DNA from: Trichosphaerium sp. ATCC 40318
Lineage: Eukaryota; Protista; Tubulinea
DNA: 64,000 nucleotides
Direction of reading: 5' to 3'
NCBI GenBank assembly: GCA_038496445.1
Contig: JALMLS010000525.1
Span: 1-64,000 of the forward strand
Made by a program: the position numbers and the translations under genes
Notes under the pieces: generated by a model
The model's database searches: none
What the model was told of the DNA's origin: nothing
What the model saw: only the letters and a program-made list of their open reading frames with translations
Part shown: piece by piece, positions 13,173 to 27,159 of the stretch
How the letters are laid out: the number at the start of each line of letters is the position of its first letter
How positions within the stretch are numbered: the stretch's first letter is position 1

Positions 13173-13971
13173 CATAAGATATATATCAGTCTCTTTGTAC
13201 TAAATTTAATGTTGTTTGTTTTCACATGTAAACCATTGCAACTCACCAAAAATGCAAAGTTTTTCAAGTAGACTTCAGCAAATGCATTAGTCTAGAAGTC
13301 CAGAAGTCCAGCATCAAGTGTAGAATTGTTGTGAACCTAAATAGCAATCGCTAGTTTAAACGGTAGAATTCACAGTTTAAAACACATATTAAAGGCCAGG
13401 CCAGCGCGGTCCAAACAACAAATAGTAACAGGAAGAATGGGGTTAGACATGCGTAGTAGAATATAATTGAGGCCTAGGGGAGGTTTACCTTTTTGTTTTA
13501 AACGGCGTTTTGTGCACACTCCCTCTACGCGTAATTAACGGTGTCTAGAGTATTGTTGCTCGCGATTTTAAAGAGCAAACCGTTTTTTCAGCCAATAACT
13601 GATGTACAATGTATATAACTTCTGCTCCCACCTAAACGGAGCCTGTTATACGTGTAGAGAGACTGACGCATCATGAACAAGTGCTCAAGGAGACATATGG
13701 TGATACTTTCCTAATTAGGCGAGTTCTTGTCCTGTTTAGTAAATAATTGTTTTCACGCTTACCACATAATTTTACGCTTACACACTCCGTATCCTCATTT
13801 AACAGTACGTTTAAAAGCGGATAAGCGTGTGTGGAACGCTTACGCAATCTAAACATGGGTCAAAATGTCGCCCAAAGTTGTTTGGTTTTCTGGCCAAAAG
13901 TCAAGTCGCGTAACAATATCAGTCAATAAACGTTCCTCACATACCTCCGGTGTTACAGATTTCACCAGAAA

Positions 13972-15036
13972 ATGATGAAACAAGCAACAAATATGGACTG
14001 CGTGCCTCCCGAGACGTTAACACATATTTTACGGTATTTACCCAAGAAAGAGCGTATAAGAGCTACTACAGTCTCTCACTTGTTTAATAATATCATTCGG
14101 AACAATATTGGGTTTGTTTCTCTTTGTGTGAAACGAGACACGGTGTCTTTGGATTGTAACACGCTCAAACATAGTCCTTTGCTTAAAAACACAAGAATTT
14201 TTGGTTCTTACAGAAAATTATCGGATAGCGACTTGGCTTGTCTTCAAGGTGTTCATACAATTGGCCTGCAAAACGCAACAATTACAGATAGTGGTATCCT
14301 TTCATTGGTTGAAGGCGGACACACCATTCATACGATTAATTTGTGCAATACAGATATAACAGATGTTTCTTTAAAGGCTCTCAAGGGAGTACACACGATT
14401 GACATTTATGGGTGCAAGAATATTACTTCAGAAGGAATAAAGGCGCTAGGAGATGTCCACAATATCAAACTTCTAGATCAAACAGGTTCATTACTCAAAT
14501 GCCTTGGTAATGTACACACTGTAAATACTAGTCATGGAGGTTACGAAAAACTTTCAGTACCTGATGGAATCAAATCATTGACTAATGTCAAACACCTCAA
14601 CTTGAGGTCTTTACATGCAGGAGATGCATGTTTAAAGTGCTTGGTTAATCTAGAGTACCTTCATCTTCGTACTTGTTTTGAACCCACAGGATCATGTTTT
14701 AAGCATTTGGTGAACCTCAGATACCTAAAGTTTGAAAGTTGTAACAAAATCGACGACTCAAGTTTGAAGTGTTTGGGTAATCTTGAAACTCTTGAAACTC
14801 TTGAAATTGGTTTGAATAATGCTAGTATAACAGGATCATTTATTAAGTATTTAGTCAACCTCAAATATCTCAGCATTAGTCAACAACTAACTGAGTTTAC
14901 GACAGATTGCTTGAAACAAATGAAATCCCTGAAGCGTATTACCTTTCATGGCAATTGCTGCTCACAAATTTCAAGAGAGGATGTTGAGGCTTTGGGTATA
15001 ATTTATCGATGTAAGATACTCCGTAGGATATGCTAA
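13972..15036 (+). CDS. Intronless F-box / leucine-rich-repeat protein (copy 1)
   Basis: 354-aa uninterrupted ORF. F-box VPPETLTHILRYLPKKERIRATTVSHLFNNII, then VHTIxLxxxxITDxxLxxL and LVNLxYLxL repeats. Confidence 0.88.
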   Translation: MMKQATNMDCVPPETLTHILRYLPKKERIRATTVSHLFNNIIRNNIGFVSLCVKRDTVSLDCNTLKHSPLLKNTRIFGSYRKLSDSDLACLQGVHTIGLQNATITDSGILSLVEGGHTIHTINLCNTDITDVSLKALKGVHTIDIYGCKNITSEGIKALGDVHNIKLLDQTGSLLKCLGNVHTVNTSHGGYEKLSVPDGIKSLTNVKHLNLRSLHAGDACLKCLVNLEYLHLRTCFEPTGSCFKHLVNLRYLKFESCNKIDDSSLKCLGNLETLETLEIGLNNASITGSFIKYLVNLKYLSISQQLTEFTTDCLKQMKSLKRITFHGNCCSQISREDVEALGIIYRCKILRRIC

Positions 15037-15664
15037 GACAATGACCCCGTGTTTTTACAACTTCCTTAACGAATGTTTGCTTCCAAGTTAGAAAGACAAT
15101 AAACAGCTATTAAACGATTCATTGGTAGTTTCCTCTTATTTTAATATTACATTGTGAGCAAATGTCAGGTTGTAGCGTGGAAGAGACCGCGCCCTGACAG
15201 GAAATTAACAGCTCGCAGGTTAGTGTGTAAATCATTTGAAGTTTGGAGACGGTGCAGCAGCATCACCTTGAGACAGTGTCGAAAGTTTACAAATTTGTGG
15301 TCTTACATAATTCGGCAATCTTTAAGACATTTTTACTCACTTCAGAACCGCCTTAAAATTTTGAACACATAGATATGGTGCTATAGTTAAAGATTCAAAA
15401 ACAATTTTGTGATTCGTTTATGCTGTATAGGAAAATTACCAACAATCAAAACAATTTTTTTCAAAATTCCTTTTTTAATAATTCCATAAGTTTCCGGAAC
15501 TTGTTGAATATTACTTAATTAACTATGCCTCCCTTTATCCAAAGTTATAAGCCACCAACTCACAACCTAAGCAGACTGTAATGAAAAGCAAAGGACATTC
15601 AAGTGTATGTGTAACTAAAGACTTGTTTACAAAAGAATGTTAATGTTTTATTACTTATTTTAGT

Positions 15665-18600
15665 TCATTTATTTTAAAGCATTGTAATATGTATCTTATA
15701 TCAGATACTTTCTTTGTAGATAAAATAGCAATAAGAACAGCTTCACTGATAGGTGCTTCCAAAAACTTTACAATCTGCTTGGCCAAAATTATCTCTGAAC
15801 TGATAAAAGCAGCTACCGGTGGTGCCAAAAGAATAGCCTAATAAAAATAAATCAAAACAAAAATCAAAAAATCCAAAAAAAAAAAAACGTTTTTTACCAA
15901 GCACACCAACGACTTTGACAAAAAATAATAGCATAAATATAGTGTACAATATTAAAGTACACCATATATATATAAATTAAAAACGGATAGTGTACTTGTG
16001 CATCAAAAAAAACTCAACAATGTCAAAAGGAAACAAGAAAATAGTTCGGGTTAAAAAAGAAGGATTTGAACGATATAGAAGTGTATTGGTTGCTGGTTTT
16101 TTTTTTTGTACCATTTCGTTTGCTTGAACAACACATATTTCTCTATCACCATGTTTTGTTACTGAGTTTCCCTTGTATAAATAATTACATACAATTTTGT
16201 CAACTTGATATATCTTGTATTGAGAAAGCTCTGCAACTTTTATCATTATATGTGACCTTCTCTTTGATCCAATATGCGCATCTACCAGTAGTTTCTCAAT
16301 AGCCTAAGAGAAGAGAAAATAGTTAAAAAGCGACGTGAGGAAGACAGACTTCCAAAAAAGAAAAAAAGTGAGCTAGAAAAAGCAGACAAACTGTGATACG
16401 CCCAACAAGGTTGGTATTAAAGATTAATCAGTATAGTCCCTCGCATGTTTCTTTTTACATGTGTTGCTTCGCATAAAAGACATAAAAACTCAGACAAAGC
16501 GAGAAAAAAAAGAAACTTTTTTTTGGATGACGTACTCCATAAAACGCATTTGAAGATACGATACTTGTCAAATGTGTCATCTCTTTCCCTTTCTGCTGTT
16601 TCTCCTGAAACTTCTGTTCAATCATCTCACTAACACGTGGTGCATTCAAACTATCAATAACCTTGAAATCAATACCATTATGAAGAAGGTTAAGACTATC
16701 CCAATCAATCAAGTCATCATAATAAGATACATCTTTATGAACTGCATCAGATAAAAGACAAAACTTTCCATTCCTTGTTGGAACCATAACTTTTTTAGGA
16801 TCTATAAACTTCTCCCATTGAGGGAAGTACTTTAACATATCAAGAGAAGACTTAATATTACCATCACGAAGCATATGATTCAAGATCTCTGTAGCTCTTT
16901 CAAGGTTCAAATAAGAAGCACCAAAAGCTGTCATAAGTTTCTGGAATTGTGGATACTCTGAAGGGTATGCATACGGTTCAAGAGGTTCTTTTAGATCATA
17001 AAATACCTTTTGGGCAGGTACGAATGTCTTGAATGATTTTAGGTATATAGGAGACTTTAACGTTTGTAATTGTGATGATATCTCATCATGATCGTCTTCA
17101 AGGTACTTGTATATCTTCTCCAAGTCTCCTATAATCGTTTTTGTATCCTACATGGTCTTGGTGTTAGCCATACGGGTGTTTGTGACAGTAAAATAGAAAG
17201 AAGTGGAGACATACCTTTACTTCTGTTGATATAAAGTTCAAGTGTTTAGCAACAACATTTGCTGTTGGTTTGAACCAATCACGGTTCTTCAGACGTACAT
17301 CCTTGACCAAGAACGGACGTTGAGACCAACAATAAACACGGTAGTCATCTGATATTATATCTGCTGGACAAATAAATTCCCATTTACCCCAACCAGGTCG
17401 CCTTGAAACAAAAGGTCAGAAAGATACAGAATGTACGCTAAATAAGAGGAAAAAATCATCAAAAGAGTTTGACGCACTTAGGGTCCCAATATGTATCCCC
17501 TTCTTTAACATTATACCAACGCGCAGGAACGCACTTAATATCCTTAAGACAACCCTCCACAGATTTATTACAATCATTCTCTATCCACTCAACAAACTCT
17601 AAACACAAAGCAATCAGAAAAAACTTTTTTTTTCAAATAAAAAACCCCACGTGCCTATTGCTGTTGCGAGGTCTTTAGGAACATTAGGATCCAAATACAG
17701 CATTTTCTTCGTATAATCAATAAAAGCAGGATCACCAGGCTTAATATTCGTAGAGATGAGATCATTACGAAGAGTGGTCTTCCACTTTCTTGTCCAGAAA
17801 GAATCAGAAGGAAACTTATCGCCTTGTCCTATATAAAGCCTAGACAATATAAAGTCTTCTCTATCACATAGCTCCTTTGGCATCTTCCATTCTCCACTAA
17901 GTGTCTTTATACATGGGAAATGAGATATACCATGTAAGTCACCAGCAACGAAATCAAGTAATGTCATCTTTTCTTCTTCTGGTAATTGAGAAAATACTTC
18001 TGAAGGTACGACATCTTTTATAAACTCATCACGACTTATACGCTTAATACCAACAGCAGCATAAAGATTATAAAGACCAAGATCCTTTAGAAGCTCTGTT
18101 TTACTCTTAGAGAAAGCTGGAAACTCCTTTGGTAGGTATCGAGGGTTATGTGTTGGAAGTGTTTTAAATCTTGTTTTACGGTAGTCTTGTAGTATCCTTT
18201 GAAGTGGTCTTACAACGTTTATATAGTTTTCTTCCATTAAACGAAGTTGAGGAAGCCTTGTAAAGAACAGTAAGTAGAAGGAAATAAAAGGAAAAGCTAT
18301 TGTAGAGTTTCGATCACAGCTGCGAGAAAAAACAAAGAATGAGTTGTAAGCGTACCCTGGAACGGATAGATTGAGACGACAAGCGTCCTTGTAAAGACCT
18401 ATTGTACCAAACATATTACCTGTCTAAAAAAGAGAATGGATGTTACTGGTTTTGTTGTTGTTTGTAGTTACTTACAGCAAGCACTTTTTTAATGCTCTCC
18501 ATTGAATCTTTGTTATTAAATTTAGCTTTAGCAAGCGCAAGCTATTACAATAACAATGTTAGTATTATATGAGCTATGTATTAGAACAAAGCGGAATTGT

Positions 18601-21600
18601 CACCGAGTATATGGGTGTTATAGAGGAAAAGCGACTCGGGTTGTTACAAAGTAAAAAAAAACTCACCTGTCTAAAGTTTGGTAGTGATCCTATCATACCA
18701 GCTTCCAAACCTCTAATAGTTCCACTAGGGAAAGAGAAATCTTCATAAGAAGGAACACCGAAATGATCAAGAACAGCACGAGCAGCCAAATGTTCTAAAG
18801 TTTCGGGTCTTGACTTGGGCGCAACTTCAAAAATAGCCAATGATTTTAAAGCCTTAATCAATACGCTCTTGTTCTCAGAATCAAGTACACGACTGTTCAA
18901 GAACTGCAATACTTGATGAAGTTGTCTTGGTTTGAAAGATTGGAGTTTCTTTCCAGTAGTGTATGGGTTCATGTCCATAAACTGGATCAATGTCATAACA
19001 CTTGGATTCAACCACAAAGATGAGGGAATGTATGGCTTTGGTGATACAAAATACGCGCCTAGGTGTTGTAATATATAGTTCGTAGCGTTTCCATGATCGT
19101 AGAATATACTACAGCGTCCATGAAGAAAGTACGGAACTAGAAATTCCTGTGGAGAAAAAAAGTAAGAAAGTGAAATTCAAAAAATATGATGTCGTACTTC
19201 TCCCAGTCTCTTTGCTGGTACGAGTGGCCATGCTCGTAATGCATTGAGTACAATATCGAGATCACTTCTAGCTACATGTCTATTCAGAAATCCCCACATA
19301 TTCTCGCTCCACTTGAAGACATCAACACCTTTGATTGGCTTTGACCCAGCTTTAACAACTTCTTTGAAGTACTGACCAGGAAGCAAGAACCTTTGATATT
19401 TTATAAGGGTATCTTTACTAAGATGCTGTAATTTCAACGCAGAGCAGTCAGTCCAATTAGAAACAAGTAAAGACTCTACATCTGGATGAACAGTTTTTGA
19501 TTTGTCGTATTGAGTCAGTAGAGAATCGATTGGGACGTTCTTATCGAGACAAATGAGAGCTTCAACTGAACCAAAAGATACAACTTTTCCACTGCTGAGT
19601 TGAAGCAAAGGTAAGCGCTTGAGTTCTGTTATAGACGGTTTGTCTGATATGCAATAACCAAGTACTTTTACAAGTGCTTCAGATTTAGCATCAGAAACCG
19701 GATCAAGTCTATTCTTTAGTGCATGTCTAAGAGTAGCTGGATTAAGGATTTGTATGTTTCCTTGATGAACACGCTGAAGAGCTTCTAGAGTATTTTTAGG
19801 CACTCTAACAAAGTTTATAGACTTCATTTGGTTCAATATGTCTAAAGGAAGCTGTTCTTTCTCTGGAAGAAATAAAGATCGCTTTAAAGATACCTAATAA
19901 CACTTGAGTATTGAGAACAGAAAAAAAAAAACAGAAGAAAAAAACAAGAAACTTTCTAAACGAAGTGAGCACTCAATGATTTGTACCTTTTGGCCATGGA
20001 TATCAACAAAGCAGTTACCGCATTTAAGTAACCTTTCAAATACCTTATGAGCAAACCTATCCCAGAAAGGATGCGCCGGTATACTCTATACAAAGAGGTA
20101 AGCGAACAAGTTTTGTTTGTTCCAAATGCGTTATTATCATCGTACCATTGGTAAGCTCTGTATACATGTGTCATCGTTCGTATTCATTAGATAAAGTAAA
20201 AGCCTGAAATGTGTCTCTACGAGTTGATCTCGTAGCTGAACATTCCAATTTGATTCATTTTGTCTCAATTGACGTCTCAGGGAATCAAGCTCAAAAGTGG
20301 CATGAATAAGGAATGGGAAATGATCCTTGATGAGGTTTGATTCAAGTGGAAAGTAGCTGAATAGTTGACCTGGTCTATCAATACTATCTGGATGAGTTTC
20401 TTCATCTGTAGGTTGGTAAAGTGTATCAAGATGAAAGGCAACACTTGACATCGCAATAAGTTTTTTCTGGTTTTGTTTCTCTTTGAGTAATACGTATTTG
20501 TACTTATCAACAAGCTCCGAAACTACCCAACTCTGTGTATGAGAAACATCACCGTTACTCTTCATAACAGTCATTAATACCTATAAATTTTTGTAAATAC
20601 ACAAACGACTGTGGTTGAACACAAGCATAACCAACTGTACCTTCTTGATACCTGACTTCAACGGAATGACGTTTTTTATAACCCAATCTTGTACAACGGT
20701 CTCACCTGATTCACCAGCTTCAATTGTCTTGATCGTTATCTCCTTTACGTTATTCAAGAACATCGTTAACCTGAGTACTTAAATAAGAAGATGCATACAA
20801 AAATAACCCTCAAAGTACAAGATTTACGCCTTTATGCAAACGTACTTTGTTATGTCTTTACTGAATTTTGCTATCATATCTTTAACTCGATGAGGTGTGC
20901 TCCACATTTCATCAACAATATGCTTTTGAGTCTCGTAATTCCTCAAAGGAAGCCTTACAGCTGTTCCTTTATAGAAAATCTTCTCTTCTTCCTCTGTCTC
21001 CAACTTAAGTCCATACTCAACAAAAGGTAACAAGTGTCCTACACCATGTTAGTGTTTCATAACATTACAAACAGCTTGTTTACCTGACCACGTCTTTTTC
21101 ATCTCGGGCAAGTGAAGCTTTGCTCCTCCTTTATCTTCGAGGTTAATATATGCTTTCTGAGGGTCAAGGAACCCAATATATTCACCACTAAGTATTGTAG
21201 GAACATCAGTGAACTGATAAGCGACGTTGAATCCTTTCCCAAAACGACCAATGTTGTATGGGTTACCGCTCTTTCTTGATCTGGAAATCTGGCTCAAGCC
21301 CTTCCAGTCATCCTTTTCAAACAAGGCATTATTGCAAAACACTACAATATAAGTTAATAGGCTGTGTACAAGTAAAAGAACTAATTGCCTAGAGAAGGTC
21401 CTTGAAGCCACACAAGTGAGTCATCAATCAAATCTTTCGCAGGAAACTGAGACTTAAGCCTACGATCCCAAATGACAGTAAACTGTGTAGCGCCTTTAGT
21501 AACGCAAAACAGTTAGCATACAATCAAGATAACAACCTTGAACGTACCAGCGTCATCTGCATTCTGAAGAAACTCATAAAAAAGAGACTCTTTGCTGTAA

Positions 21601-24600
21601 TCATGAAGAATATCCTTAATACGGGCTGTAATCTCCTCATGCTGTCCAATAGACTCAACATGTGTTAAGAAAGTGGATATCATAGGAACCTTCAATGTTG
21701 CTGCCTCTTTTCTTGTGAGTTGTTCGTGTAAAAGGCTCAAGCGATTATCAACAAGCACTTTGTTAGGACAATGCTTCAAATCAAGAAAAGCTGAGCTTTT
21801 AATAGGAATGAGAACGTTTGTATCATTGACAACGTGTAGGTTAGCCATAATAGCGCTATTGTCGTTTTCGTCAGCCTGAATCAATGTGGTGATATGTTTG
21901 AGAGCTGCAATGACATTCTTGCAAGTCAATTCATCAAGCTTTTCTGATTTTGTTTCTTTTTTTAGCTCAACCAAAGAGTTTATAAGAGCAGGTAAAGTAA
22001 TCGATGTCTTGACCTGACAATGATCAAATAATTCTTTGTATTGATTATAATCACCCAATAAATTGTAAATAAGAGGTGGAAAGGGTCCGACAGCAAGTGG
22101 GTCATCACTCCTAAGAGAAAAAAAATAAGTCTTTCATTTTTTCTTCAACAAACTATTGTATACAAGTTTTAAGCCGAGAAGTTTACTTGGTCCACTTTTA
22201 GTACCTGAATACTACTCTCCCAGAAGGAAGGAATTTCTCACCATTCCATATCCAAGGTGTTGATGGTACTTCGAATAACCTGTTTAAAGGAATAAGTGGT
22301 ACTAAATTCTTCTTTGTTGCCCAGTTTAAGAAATCATATATTTCATGAACAACATCAGATACTGATTGCTTATTGCTCGTAAGTGGGTTAAAATTACTCT
22401 GTATAACAAGCAATTGGTTAACAACACTTTCCAAGTCTACATTCCTCTTATTCCAATCAAGAATAGTGAGCAAGTGTTCGTTGTTTACAGCCACTTTTGA
22501 AATATGTTTCGAAGCTGATAAAATAGCATAATGATTCTTAGGAGCGACACCAGAAGCTTTTCGTTGATCTGAAGGACCTTCCTAATACATGAACTTAACA
22601 CAAAGTTTCGTGTGGTACAGAGAAATTATACTTCACGCTAAGAACGAAGTTGAAACAACAATTTTGAATGTAATTTTTTTTCTGGCATAAATTAAAAAAC
22701 GAACCCTGCTAGAATGCTTTATGAAACTCGATACTCTCGTGAATGTCGACCACAACTTACGTTGTACAGTAGACTGATCTATAATCTTAGCTTCAGTAGG
22801 CCTTCTAAACGGAACACAAATGTCCCAGCTATCCAAGGGTTCTGTCATAATAGGTATCCATTCAAGTTCTCTCATTGCATTTTCAAGTTCAAAAGAAGGA
22901 ACAACTGTATTACCCAATGTAGCATCCAAATAAGTAAGGATACCTTCAGCTAGATCACGATTCCCGACAGATTTCTTTATCATCTCTAATAACTCTTCAG
23001 GTTCAACATATTGCTTTAGTCCGAGATCCTTTAAGACACCGATCATCTCATGATACTTTCCATGAGGAAAGTTATCATCAGTCAACTGCACTTCGTCAAC
23101 TTTTCTGTCAAAGAGAAGAAGAAGTCTAGGCTCTTCAGGATCGTATAATTCATCTGGACATTTCCTTTGTATACTTCTACATTGCACAAAAGGTTTACGC
23201 TTCAAGGCATCCATCAGAACTTGTTTTTTTTCTTTCTTCAAAAAAGGTAACATTTTTTGTTCGATAAGATCAAGAACAATCTCACGTCTCTCCAGAGAAC
23301 TCTGTGGTATAAAATGTGATAAAGTACTAACATAAAAATGTTCAATACGCATGGAAGGAATCTTAGCATAAAGTCTTAAAAGAACAGCATCATCAGGAGA
23401 ATCAAGGTTAAGTAATTTTGGAAAATCGAACTTCGCATAAGGAAAATCATCTTCACCTTCTGGTTTTATAAAAACCTTCGGAGCTCTACTAGACTTTGTC
23501 CATAGTGACGTGACAGGTGTAGAACTCGAGTGTGTCAAGAAGATAGGTAGATTAGCAAAGGTTTCAAGAAGCTGGCTGCTCCTTTGAAATAAAGCGAGTT
23601 CACTAATCAGGTACCTTCTAAGAACACCCTTCTGACCTGAACCAAAGTTAGTGCTAACAAAATAACACTCATACGTACGCATATCTAACTCCTCTGTGCC
23701 ATTGAATAATCCCGTCATTTTACGTAAACATATTAAAATACCTTCAGCGCTACTCTCTTGAGAGTATTGCTTGCAAAGAGCTGAGTTTATGTCCATTAGT
23801 TCTTGTGAAATAAAACGAAGCCCAATCTTTTTCAAAACGTCAACTAGCTCTTCTTCGAAGTCTTTCATTATGAGTAACGTTGAAGCTCCAGGAAGAGGAA
23901 CATGCTCCGCTTCTCCATTATGATTTAGGAGTCCTGGTAGTCCTTGTAACAACTCCACACACTCACGAGCAATCTTTGATTTCCATACCGATAAAATCCA
24001 TGCTTTGTTAGGAGGATAAGGCATACCGTTCTTTAGCTGCTTCAGTAGATCAGCATCTTCAAATTTATGAATATTAACAGCCGATTGGATACTAGAAGAA
24101 GAGAGAGTTTGGTATAGATCATTAGGAATATCTGTGCGTATGAAAGAGTCTGAGAGCTTTGGTAGAAGAGTAACATGTTCTTCATTATTACTCAACCAAA
24201 ATGGGGTTGACGTCCCAGAGAATCCTCGTACTGATCCATCTTGCATTGGACACAGCACAACCCCTTTCAGTAATTTCTTATCTTTAACCTAAATAGGAAA
24301 GGAGTAAGCCGTAAGAACTCTACTAGTTTAAGGCGTACTGTAAGAGCATATCGAAGTAAAGTATAAACGCTTTTAAGATCTTTTTCGTAATCAGTTGAAA
24401 CAGGCCTTTTGAACTTATTACACACTTCTACAGGTGTTACCCTTCTTGCACCAGGAAGATTATCAACAACAAACTTTGGTACAACTGATATAATTGAGCC
24501 TGTTCAAAAAAGAAAGCAAATCAGCGAATGGAAAGAACAGAACTAATGTGGACAAGGAACTTACTCTGAGCTGCCATCAACTCTACTATGGACTTACTAT

Positions 24601-26716
24601 TATCCTTTGATTTAATACAAGGATCTTCGTCACCACAAAATAAACAGCCAGAAGCCCTGGCTACTTTACTAGATCCAAATACAGAAAAAAGAGGAACTGG
24701 AGACACCATCAATAACTCGTACACTTTCTTTCCTAGTCGCTCGCTCCACCATGTATCTGACTGTCCACGAGGAAATGCATGCATACGTTCACTCGATAAA
24801 AGCACTTTCAATTGACCAATCCAGGCAGGAACTAATTACGCTTAAGTGAAAAAGGCCAAAAAAAAGTACAAGAAAAAATGCTAAAAACCGTACCAACAAC
24901 TTCGTCAAGTAAATACTCATTCCAAAGATCTTTGATTGGATCCTCTTTGTGAGATATACTACATCTATTTACAGAAAGCTGAAATCTCGCATTAACATGA
25001 ACAGGAAGTCCATTACATTCTTCAGGAAGAGGCAGAGTTGCAAAAGATCTAGCTTTACATTCAAGTGAGACTTTTGTGCTATCAGGTTTCTTAAAAGCAA
25101 CGGCAGCAAAAGGTATCATCTTCAAGTCGTGTGTTTCAAGCAAAATAGTTGTTTCAACACTCTTTCTCCTCCTTAAGTTACCACCGCCCATCTGACACGA
25201 AACACTCCAAACTTGGCTTTTTTTAACTTTATTAGCTTCGTGTATAATCTTTAATCTATACGCATAGTGCTGAGGCTCTAGAATAAAAGAATAAGCTTTA
25301 AAGATTAAAACCCCACAACATTTTCTTTTTGAGACTCAGAAAAGTTGTAAAAACGTTTCGTTTAAAATGTAGGAAAAAAATAAGAAACAAAAGTACATAC
25401 CAAGATCTGTTAACTTTAGAACTTTTTTAGACAACACTTTAGCTCTATCTTTTAGTATTGTCGATACACGTTTTCTTTGTATTCTAAGATCCTTCAAAGA
25501 AGAGTCATCTTGTTGTATACTAACACGTGATTTTAACTTCATTTGCGATTCACCATGCTCCCAAACGTAATACTCAATTGTTTCAACATTTTGAAGAAAC
25601 AAAAGAGAATCAATAGCTTCATTCTCCATAAAATCATCCAAAAGTATTTCAATCTTTTCCGCATTTATAGGACGTGATTTCCTGTTTGTTATCTCACTCT
25701 TTTTTGTAATGGATGGCGTCCTTATAGGTAGTCTAAAGAGTGTACCTTTAAAAGGAGTACCAGGCTTACAACCAAACACTTTGAAAGGTTCAAACTGAGT
25801 TGGAAATTGCTTAAACACAGCTGACTTCATTTTTTGCTCTTTTTCAGGTACGTCTATACACTTGATTAGTATAAAGGTCTAATGCAATGTATTATGTCTA
25901 TTAACTAACCTGACCAAGAGCAGGAACCCATAAAATCAATACCACCGCCAACAACCTCAGTATTTTTGCTGTTGAAAACCCACTCGGCTGGATCAGAATG
26001 AACTAAACATGGTCCAGATATAAACATAGGTAACTCAGTCACATGATACACAGAGTTGAAACCAAGACCGAAATTTCCTTTAAAGTATGTAAGCACGCTA
26101 TAAACATAAAAGATAAGGAGATTGGTTGCAGTAATGAACTTCACAAAAAAGTTGGAGAAAAAAACGATGAATTTTCTTCAAAGAAACCACTAGCCACATA
26201 AAAACGCTTGTATAGGCGTAGGATAAAGGTAAAATAGTAAGATGACGTTTAATTTGTAACGGCAATTGTATTTTTCTTCGTTGATATCTGTAAATGGTTA
26301 TAGATTGTACCAGTTGCTGAGTAATCCTCTTTCTTCATAGAGTCGCCTAGGTTCTCTATATTTTTTATATCGCGCCAAGTGAACACAGCGTCGTTAAAAA
26401 CTACTAATGCAGGGCCCATAAACTGTTCCATGCCTGTTTTGGGCGTTAATTCTACTTTTTAATAAGTTTACGTGCCAGTCATTACACGACCCTTCATAGC
26501 CTTTTCATCCGCCCAGTTACGGCGTTTATCAACCAAAAAACGAATAACCCTCGCTCCAGCGTCATCTGCATTTTGAACCTGAATTCTACATTAGCCAACA
26601 CACTCTAAATCCCTCACCTTTTCTAGTGGTAAGCGTTCAAAGCCATATTGTTTTAGAAGATTCTTTAACCTGACAGTTATTGGCTGTCTCTGAGCGAAAT
26701 GAGCCCTTCCACGCAT
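15665..26716 (-). CDS. Sacsin-like protein with two HSP90-like (GHKL) sacsin repeat regions, multi-exon, about 11 kb
   Basis: Repeat 1: FAQRQPITVRLKNLLKQY...QNADDAGA...GPALVVFNDAVFT...GNFGLGFNSVYHVTELP...GTLFRLPIR...GLPVHVNARFQLS. Repeat 2: IGQHEEITARIKDILHDY...EFLQNADDAG...IGRFGKGFNVAYQFTDVP...GTAVRLPLR...FPFLIHATFELDSLRR. Last exon ends ...YILQCFKIK* at 15665. Confidence 0.9.
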
Positions 26717-27159
26717 GGCTATTGCATGTGGGTTATATTTACAAAATCGTTGACACGAAAAGCTTACATCACTTAAACGACAAACGCGCAAGTCACGGTT
26801 TTAGAAAAGTGTAGAAATCCTTGTAAATAAGAGCTTGGGCTGCATCTAAGCACATTAGCGTATTTCGTGTCTAGCGTTTGTAAATAAAATCAAAACGGTT
26901 ACTAAGCGGTGAAACAATCGCACACGTATGGATCGTACGTAATAAGACCCCAACCACGCGAAAAAAGAGAAACGCATTCCCAAGTTTGTTTTTTGTACCA
27001 CCGTGCACCTACATTGTATTATACAGTACCTTAAATGAACCGGAACTACTGTACAATCGTTTTAATTTTTTTGACACGCCAAACAAAAACAATGGTTCGC
27101 TGTTTGTATTTTAGCTCAAGCTAAATCATTTCGGCGAACTGTACCATTTTTGAGCACAG

